The notes beneath the pieces are model-generated. The model worked only from the letters and a program-made list of their open reading frames with translations. It ran no database searches and was not told the origin of the DNA. Positions 57,643 through 64,000 of a DNA stretch of 64,000 nucleotides are shown one piece after another. Within the stretch, counting starts at the first letter, position 1; each line of letters opens with the position of its first letter. The DNA is taken from the NCBI GenBank assembly GCA_020635495.1, contig JACJZQ010000004.1, positions 121,021-185,020 of the forward strand, written 5' to 3'. This DNA comes from Flavobacteriales bacterium (GTDB lineage: Bacteria; Bacteroidota; Bacteroidia; UBA10329). Position numbers and translations under genes: made by a program.

Positions 57643-59949
57643 ATGAAGAATCTTGTAATTGTAGAGTCACCCGCAAAAGCAAAAACCATTGAAGGATTTC
57701 TCGGTAAGGATTTTACCGTAAAATCAAGTTTCGGCCACATCCGAGATCTGCCTTCAAAGCAACTTTCGGTAGACGTGGAAAACAATTACGCTCCAGACTA
57801 CGTGATTCCGAAAGACAAGGAAAACGTGGTTAAGGAACTGAGGAAGTTGAGCAAATCGGCCGAAACGGTCTGGTTGGCATCGGATGAGGACCGCGAAGGG
57901 GAAGCCATATCGTGGCACCTGCAGGAAGCTCTTGGTCTAACCGCAGAAAAAACCAAGAGAATCGTCTTCCACGAGATTACCAAATCTGCTATTCTGAATG
58001 CAGTTGAAAATCCTCGGTCTATTAATGTAGACCTTGTAAATGCGCAGCAGGCCAGAAGAGTTTTGGATAGATTGGTAGGCTATGAACTTTCTCCGGTACT
58101 TTGGAAGAAAGTGAAGCCCAATTTGTCTGCTGGGAGAGTGCAGTCGGTTGCGGTTAGGCTCATTGTAGAGCGTGAGCGGGAGATTGAAGATTTCAATGCA
58201 GTTTCATCTTTCAGGGTTCTGGCATATTTCACGGTAAATGGAACGGAGTTCCGTGCAGAACTTTCTAAAAGGTTTGATGATCTGAAAGAGGCCAAAGCCT
58301 TTTTAGAAAAGTGCAACGGTGCCGATTTTTCGGTATCCGATCTTCAGAAAAAACCAGCAAAGAGAACCCCAGCAGCTCCTTTCACAACCTCTACGTTGCA
58401 ACAGGAGGCAAGTAGAAAGTTGGGATTCAGTGTTTCCAGAACCATGCGTGTAGCTCAAGATCTTTATGAGCAAGGAAAGATTACATATATGAGAACGGAC
58501 AGCGTTAATCTGTCAGATCTTGCGCTGAATACCGCCAAAGAAGAAATCGGGAAATTGTATGGAGAAGAATACTCCAAAACCAGAAAGTACAGTTCCAAAA
58601 GCAAAGGTGCTCAAGAGGCTCACGAAGCCATTAGGCCAACCTATATGTCGGTTCAGAAAGTTGATGGAGACGCTGCCCAAAAGAGATTGTATGACCTCAT
58701 TTGGAAGAGAACCATTGCATCTCAAATGGCGGATGCTGAATTAGAGAGAACAACGGTTACGGTTGGTGTGTCAACTTCTGATCTGAATTTCACAGCTCAG
58801 GGAGAAGTCATAAAATTCGATGGGTTCTTGAAAGTCTATCTGGAAGGAACCGATGACGAGAATGAGGAGCAGAAAGGAATGCTTCCTGACCTTAGTGTTG
58901 GCCAACAATTGAAAGCAACCAAAATTGAAGGAATTGAAAGGTTCAGTTTGCCTCCAGCACGATACACAGAAGCAAGTTTGGTGCGTAAGCTGGAAGAACT
59001 AGGAATCGGCAGGCCATCTACCTATGCTCCTACAATAAGCACCATCATAGCTAGAAACTATGTCGTTAAGGAAAGCAGAGAGGGTGTTGAAAGAAAATAT
59101 GGCTACTTGGCATTGGTGGATGGTGCGATTTCTGAAGAGGTTAAAACCGAAATTGCCGGTGCTGAGAAATCAAAGCTGTTTCCAACAGATATAGGTAAGG
59201 TTGTTACCGATTTTCTGGTTGAGAATTTCGGTGAGATTCTCAATTACAACTTCACGGCTCAGGTAGAAAAGGAGTTTGACGAGATAGCAGAAGGACAAAA
59301 GGAATGGACTTCGATGATCGATAGTTTCTACAAGCCGTTCCACGAGACCACGGTCGATACAGAAAAGAACTCTAAGAAGGCAACCGGAGAACGCTTATTA
59401 GGAGTTGACCCCGACTCAGGAAGAAATGTTTACGCAAGACTAGGCCGCTTTGGGCCCATGGTACAGATCGGTGAGGCAGACAATGAAGAGAAGCCGAAAT
59501 TCTCAAGTTTGAGAGCTGGTCAGTCTATGGATGATGTTACACTGGAAGAAGCGCTCGATCTTTTCAAGCTTCCCAGAGAAATTGGAGAGTTTGAAGGTGA
59601 GAAACTTGTAATTGGTGTGGGCAAATACGGACCTTACGTGAGACACAACAAGAGTTTTGTTTCAATTGGAGATGAAGACCCATTGTCAATCACTAAAGAG
59701 ACGGCCATTGAACTCATCAAGCAAAAGCGCGAAGAGGCTCATAAAATGATCATCAATGAGTTCCAGGACGGAGAAGAGGTCATACAAGTTAAAATTGGTC
59801 GTTACGGACCTTATATAGCTAAGGGGCGTAACAATTACCGGATACCAAAAGATGTAGAAGCCAATTCGCTGTCTCTAGAAGACTGTAAAGAAATCATTGA
59901 AAAACAAGGTGATAGGCCGAAGCGTGTTTCTAAGAGAGCCAAAAAATGA
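57643..59949 (+). CDS. topA: DNA topoisomerase I
   Basis: Toprim N-terminus LVIVESPAKAKTI, the active-site region ITYMRTDS, and C-terminal repeats GRYGPY / GKYGPY, 768 aa. Confidence 0.95.
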   Translation: MKNLVIVESPAKAKTIEGFLGKDFTVKSSFGHIRDLPSKQLSVDVENNYAPDYVIPKDKENVVKELRKLSKSAETVWLASDEDREGEAISWHLQEALGLTAEKTKRIVFHEITKSAILNAVENPRSINVDLVNAQQARRVLDRLVGYELSPVLWKKVKPNLSAGRVQSVAVRLIVEREREIEDFNAVSSFRVLAYFTVNGTEFRAELSKRFDDLKEAKAFLEKCNGADFSVSDLQKKPAKRTPAAPFTTSTLQQEASRKLGFSVSRTMRVAQDLYEQGKITYMRTDSVNLSDLALNTAKEEIGKLYGEEYSKTRKYSSKSKGAQEAHEAIRPTYMSVQKVDGDAAQKRLYDLIWKRTIASQMADAELERTTVTVGVSTSDLNFTAQGEVIKFDGFLKVYLEGTDDENEEQKGMLPDLSVGQQLKATKIEGIERFSLPPARYTEASLVRKLEELGIGRPSTYAPTISTIIARNYVVKESREGVERKYGYLALVDGAISEEVKTEIAGAEKSKLFPTDIGKVVTDFLVENFGEILNYNFTAQVEKEFDEIAEGQKEWTSMIDSFYKPFHETTVDTEKNSKKATGERLLGVDPDSGRNVYARLGRFGPMVQIGEADNEEKPKFSSLRAGQSMDDVTLEEALDLFKLPREIGEFEGEKLVIGVGKYGPYVRHNKSFVSIGDEDPLSITKETAIELIKQKREEAHKMIINEFQDGEEVIQVKIGRYGPYIAKGRNNYRIPKDVEANSLSLEDCKEIIEKQGDRPKRVSKRAKK

Positions 59950-61109
59950 TTTCTGAGATCAGTCTCTTCTTCGAACCATTGTCAACCAATGCGCTTGACG
60001 AACCTCTGAAAGGAACACTTGCAGAACGCATTGAATATTTTACCCCAGATAGATTTCCAGATATAACCAAAGGCACGGTTGCCATCCTTTCTGTTCCCGA
60101 ATTCCGAGGAGATGAGGATGTGGTCTACAACTCAGGCAATCATGAAGGTATAAGACTGGAACTTGCCAACCTAAAGGATAATTTTTCCTCTCTGAGAATA
60201 GTTGATCTTGGGGTAATACGTCCTGGCGAAACAGTAAAAGACACCTATTACGCAGTATCCGCTGCTGTTGCTGCTATTATTAAGGAGGGAGCCATAGCGG
60301 TCATTCTGGGAGGCTCAGATGATCTGACCTATGCGAATTACCTCGCGTATGAGAAGTTGGAGCAGGTAGTTAATCTTGTTTCAGTAGATCCTCGCTTTGA
60401 TATAGGAGAAGCGGAAGATGAGGTGTCTGCGAATAAATACTTGCAGAAGATAATCCTTCATCAGCCGAATATCCTTTTCAACTTCAGCAATCTGGCCTAT
60501 CAGTCACATCACGTTCCAACTTCTGAGGTCAACCTTATGAAGAAAATGTATTTCGATGTATATAGACTCGGTGAGTTACAACACAACTTGGAGCAGGTAG
60601 AACCGGTTGTAAGAAGTGCCGACCTATTATCATTCGATCTTTCAGCAGTAAGAAGTTCTGACCTGCCGGATAATCTTCTACAAGAACCAAATGGTCTATA
60701 CGGAGAGCAGGCATGCGCCATTGCCAGATACAGCGGTCTAAGTGATAAGCTAAGTTCCTTTGGCGTTTTCAATGTCCCATTGGAAGCATCCGATAGGTCC
60801 AATAAGTTGATTGCTCAGATCTTATGGTACTTTCTGCTTGGTGTCAACAATAGAAAAGGGGATTATCCTTTTGCCGATAAAGACACATATACAAAGTATA
60901 CCGTTTCAATTGAAGATGGAACTTATGACATAGTCTTCTACAAAAGTCATCTTAGTGATAGATGGTGGATGGAAGTGCCGTACCCTTCAAAAAGAGGCTC
61001 TAAATACCAGCGACATTTTATGGTGCCCTGCCATTATGAAGATTATCAAACGGCTTGTAAAGATGAAATTCCAGACAGGTGGTGGCAGACTTTTCAAAAA
61101 CTCGGATAG
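59946..61109 (+). CDS. Arginase/formiminoglutamase-fold protein with substituted metal ligands (probably non-canonical or inactive)
   Basis: The ureohydrolase motifs align in register but are altered. GGDHS becomes GGSDD (D125). DAHxD becomes DPRFD (D148, R150, D152), at exactly +23 spacing from D125. SxDxD becomes SFDLS (D231, S233). ATGA overlap with topA. Confidence 0.65.
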   Translation: MISEISLFFEPLSTNALDEPLKGTLAERIEYFTPDRFPDITKGTVAILSVPEFRGDEDVVYNSGNHEGIRLELANLKDNFSSLRIVDLGVIRPGETVKDTYYAVSAAVAAIIKEGAIAVILGGSDDLTYANYLAYEKLEQVVNLVSVDPRFDIGEAEDEVSANKYLQKIILHQPNILFNFSNLAYQSHHVPTSEVNLMKKMYFDVYRLGELQHNLEQVEPVVRSADLLSFDLSAVRSSDLPDNLLQEPNGLYGEQACAIARYSGLSDKLSSFGVFNVPLEASDRSNKLIAQILWYFLLGVNNRKGDYPFADKDTYTKYTVSIEDGTYDIVFYKSHLSDRWWMEVPYPSKRGSKYQRHFMVPCHYEDYQTACKDEIPDRWWQTFQKLG

Positions 61110-61273
61110 TGAATTCAACCAGCAGATACAGTGTTTCGTACTTGTTCTTGGTCGATTAATCGTTTTAACATCTTGATGTTGATAGAAATTTTTGTTTACT
61201 TAGCCGCTTCTTGTACAGGTGGGCCCTGAACAAGGATTTAAATAGGAAAAAGAAGGAAATCGAACTATACAAT

Positions 61274-62203
61274 ATGAAAAAGATCTCTACCGCAATTGCT
61301 GCAATAGCCTTATTGTTTATTGGCGAGTCTTATGCACAACAAGCTCCTCAGTTCACGATGAATATGTTCAACCGGCTCTATACCAATGCTGGTTATGCAG
61401 GAAGTAACAATGGAATTTGCGCCAATGCATTGCATAGACAGCAATGGGTTGGGTTTGATGGACGACCAATTACCACAGTGGTCAATGTTGATGCTACTGT
61501 TAAGGCTCTTCATGGAGGTCTCGGTCTGTCGATTTTGTCAGATAAACTAGGGGCACAATACTCGGGAGGAGTGAAACTTTCCTATGCTTTCCGATGGGCG
61601 CTTGGTCCTGGAACTTTGGGTATCGGTGTTGAAGGAGGAATTCTGTTTAATACGCTTGATGGTTCGCAATTGGATCCAATTCAAGAAAATGACCCAAACA
61701 TTGTCAATGGTAAATCAAGTGGTGTTGCTCCAGATTTCGGATTTGGACTTTACTATCACACTGATAATTTATACGCTGGAGTTTCTGCCAACAACCTGAT
61801 TGGTTCAAAATTGAAATTTGAAGAAGGTGGAACGCTTAGCGAGTACACAGTTGCTAGAAATTACTATGCAATGGCCGGTTACACTTGGGCAATTAATCCT
61901 ACTTGGGGTCTTGCACCATCGGTATTCCTCAAGACTGACGGGGCTTCAACACAGTTTGATGTAAATCTTCGCGCACTTTGGAAGAACATGGTATGGGCTG
62001 GAGTATCTTACAGAATAGATGATGCTGTAGGTGTAATGGCCGGGTTCCAGTACAAAGAATTTAGAGTAGGTTATTCGTACGACATTACTACATCTGGGTT
62101 GAGACAGTACAGTTCTGGTAGTCATGAGATTATGCTGGGATACTGCTACAAGCTCAAGTCGCCTGTTGCTAATCAGCGTTACAGAAACGTTCGATTCCTA
62201 TAA
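61274..62203 (+). CDS. porP: PorP/SprF-family type IX secretion system membrane protein
   Basis: Signal peptide MKKISTAIAAIALLFIGESYAQQ, then QFTMNMFNRLYTNAGYAG. Beta-barrel-like repeats follow, and the C-terminal SGSHEIMLGYCY motif is typical of PorP/SprF. Confidence 0.82.
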   Translation: MKKISTAIAAIALLFIGESYAQQAPQFTMNMFNRLYTNAGYAGSNNGICANALHRQQWVGFDGRPITTVVNVDATVKALHGGLGLSILSDKLGAQYSGGVKLSYAFRWALGPGTLGIGVEGGILFNTLDGSQLDPIQENDPNIVNGKSSGVAPDFGFGLYYHTDNLYAGVSANNLIGSKLKFEEGGTLSEYTVARNYYAMAGYTWAINPTWGLAPSVFLKTDGASTQFDVNLRALWKNMVWAGVSYRIDDAVGVMAGFQYKEFRVGYSYDITTSGLRQYSSGSHEIMLGYCYKLKSPVANQRYRNVRFL

Positions 62204-62380
62204 GCAGAACCATTTTTGCAACATTTGAAAAAAAGTTTCGTTAGAGCATGGCTGAGGCTGATCATTCGGGGTGATCAAGCAAAAGTTTAAGGGATGTCAA
62301 TTACGAAACAGTTTATTCAAACGATGTTAACCATTATGGCTAGCGCTTTTCAGAAGCCAGTCATGTCAAATCGGAATACC

Positions 62381-63652
62381 ATGAGAAAGCTGCTTTTTAT
62401 TGGAATGTTTGCGGCTGCCGTAAGTAGCTTCACTAGCTGTGGAAACTACGGTAGAGGTCAATTGGTTGGAGTGCAGGGAAGAGAAGAATGGTATATGGAT
62501 GATCCATATGGCATGTTGTACATACCAATGGGCAGTTACAATATGGGGCCAAGCGATCAGGATGTGCCGTATGCGGTTACTTCCAAGTCGAAAACTGTGT
62601 CGGTTCAGGCGTTCTACATGGATGAAACCGAAATTACCAATAATGAATATCGCCAATTCGTCTATTGGGTGAGGGACTCCATCGCTCACTTGTTGATTGG
62701 TGATGACCACATTTTGGAAGAAGGTGAGTACGGAGAGAGAATCAACTGGGATGAGGATATTGAGTATGATGATGAGGAATTCATGGAAATTCTGGAAGAA
62801 ATGTATCTGCCAGAGCATGAGAGATTCTACAGAAGAAGGGAGATTGATACCAGAAAACTGAATTTCGAATATTTTTGGATTGACCTGAAAGAAGCTGCAC
62901 GAAAAGAGAATCGTGAGCAGGGAATGAAGGATAGGAGTGTGTTCATCAAACGAGATATTATCAATGTGTATCCTGATACACTTGCTTGGATTCACGACTT
63001 TACCTACTCATTCAATGAGCCGATGACCAACATGTACTTCTGGCATCCAGCGTTTGATGATTATCCTGTGGTGGGCGTTACTTGGAAACAAGCAAGAGCA
63101 TTTTGTATTTGGAGGACTCAGCTATTGAATAGTTGGTTGGCCTCAAATGACGAGACTTTCGTACAAGATTTTAGGCTTCCTTCCGAATCGGAGTGGGAGT
63201 ACGCCTCTAGAGGAGGATTGGATTTGTCGCCATATCCATGGGGAGGTCCGTACATAAGAAACAGTCGTGGTTGTTTCTTGGCCAACTATAAGCCGCTTCG
63301 TGGTAATTATGTAGCGGATGGTGGATTCCATTCTGTAAAGGTGTACAGATATGCTCCGAATGATTACGGTCTGTACTGTATGTCAGGTAACGTTGCGGAG
63401 TGGACAAAGAATGCTTATGATGAAAGTGCGTTCAGTTTTACCCACGATCTCAACCCGGATTATTTCTATGATGCGAAGGATTCCGACCCACCATCATTGA
63501 AAAGAAAAGTCATCCGTGGTGGATCTTGGAAGGACATAGGTTATTACCTGCAAACAGGCACGAGAACATATGAGTATCAGGATACTGCTAAGTGCTACGT
63601 TGGATTCAGAACAGTAATGACGTTCTTAGGCCGTGATAAAGCAGACTTCTAG
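62381..63652 (+). CDS. gldK: Gliding motility / T9SS lipoprotein GldK (PorK)
   Basis: The ATG at 62381 gives MRKLLFIGMFAAAVSSFTSC (lipobox). There is an FGE-sulfatase (SUMF1-like) domain with VIRGGSWKD. It lies immediately upstream of gldL. Confidence 0.9.
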   Translation: MRKLLFIGMFAAAVSSFTSCGNYGRGQLVGVQGREEWYMDDPYGMLYIPMGSYNMGPSDQDVPYAVTSKSKTVSVQAFYMDETEITNNEYRQFVYWVRDSIAHLLIGDDHILEEGEYGERINWDEDIEYDDEEFMEILEEMYLPEHERFYRRREIDTRKLNFEYFWIDLKEAARKENREQGMKDRSVFIKRDIINVYPDTLAWIHDFTYSFNEPMTNMYFWHPAFDDYPVVGVTWKQARAFCIWRTQLLNSWLASNDETFVQDFRLPSESEWEYASRGGLDLSPYPWGGPYIRNSRGCFLANYKPLRGNYVADGGFHSVKVYRYAPNDYGLYCMSGNVAEWTKNAYDESAFSFTHDLNPDYFYDAKDSDPPSLKRKVIRGGSWKDIGYYLQTGTRTYEYQDTAKCYVGFRTVMTFLGRDKADF

Positions 63653-63697
63653 AATTAACAAGAAAACCAATAGAATAACTATCTAATATTTTAAATC

Positions 63698-64000
63698 ATG
63701 CAAGGGAAAAAGTGGAAAAGTTTTATGGCGAAGCTGTACGGATTTGGTGCAGCGATTGTAATTGTAGGTGCGATGTTCAAAATCCAGCACTGGCCAGGAG
63801 CCGGACCTATGTTGGTTGTAGGTCTATCTACTGAGGCGGTAATATTCTTTTTCTCGGCATTTGAAAAGCCACATGAAGATCCAGATTGGAGCTTGGTGTA
63901 CCCAGAATTAGCTGGAATACCCGGAGAAGGTGGTGGAGATGGAAATAAAGGTAAGGCTGGGTTATCAGCATCTCAGGAGTTGGACAATCTGCTGGAGGAG
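63698..64000 (+). CDS. gldL: GldL (PorL), N-terminal 101 codons; the gene runs off the right edge
   Basis: The translation MQGKKWKSFMAKLYGFGAAIVIVGAMFKIQHWPGAGPMLVVGLSTEAVIFFFSAFEKPHEDPDWSLVYPEL is the characteristic two-TM GldL N-terminus. It is not in the ORF track because there is no stop in the window. Confidence 0.88.
   Translation, partial: MQGKKWKSFMAKLYGFGAAIVIVGAMFKIQHWPGAGPMLVVGLSTEAVIFFFSAFEKPHEDPDWSLVYPELAGIPGEGGGDGNKGKAGLSASQELDNLLEE

Noticed and set aside
62366-62995. A 209-aa ORF antisense to gldK.
   Set aside because: It is nested within gldK, has no motifs and an atypical composition. It is a shadow ORF.

Overview
This is a chromosomal segment from a Bacteroidota genome, probably Flavobacteriia-like. 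That placement rests on TAnnTTTG -7 boxes, T9SS/gliding genes, many T9SS C-terminal sorting domains and the miaB / sigma-54 EBP / lptE / secG / groESL synteny. I call about 58 protein genes and one tRNA-Phe.

Most genes are housekeeping: purK, hpt, adk, obg, feoAB, fumC, prfB, recX, miaB, secG, groES/EL, coaX and topA. Others are envelope genes: mlaEF-like, lptE and lptC-like. Secretion genes are unusually dense. porP/sprF-gldK-gldL sits at the right edge, there are three type-A CTD cargo genes, and three large type-B (CHU_C) CTD adhesin-like genes lie in tandem at 24.1-31.6 kb.

I found no CRISPR array, transposase, integrase, phage gene or recognisable defence system, and no clearly novel multi-gene system.

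The observations most worth a second look:
1. A four-helix-bundle (Avd / 23S-IVS protein family) gene wedged between prfB and arsC, bracketed by two inverted arrays of four octamers.
2. A translationally coupled GT2 plus 754-aa polytopic GT-C-like pair, convergent with the adhesin array.
3. An arginase-fold protein coupled to topA and upstream of porP-gldKL, with three of six Mn ligands substituted.
4. Twin GAATCATTC palindromes and a tiny Cys-x-Cys lipoprotein upstream of feoAB.

All functional calls come from reading motifs in the supplied translations. No database search was run.
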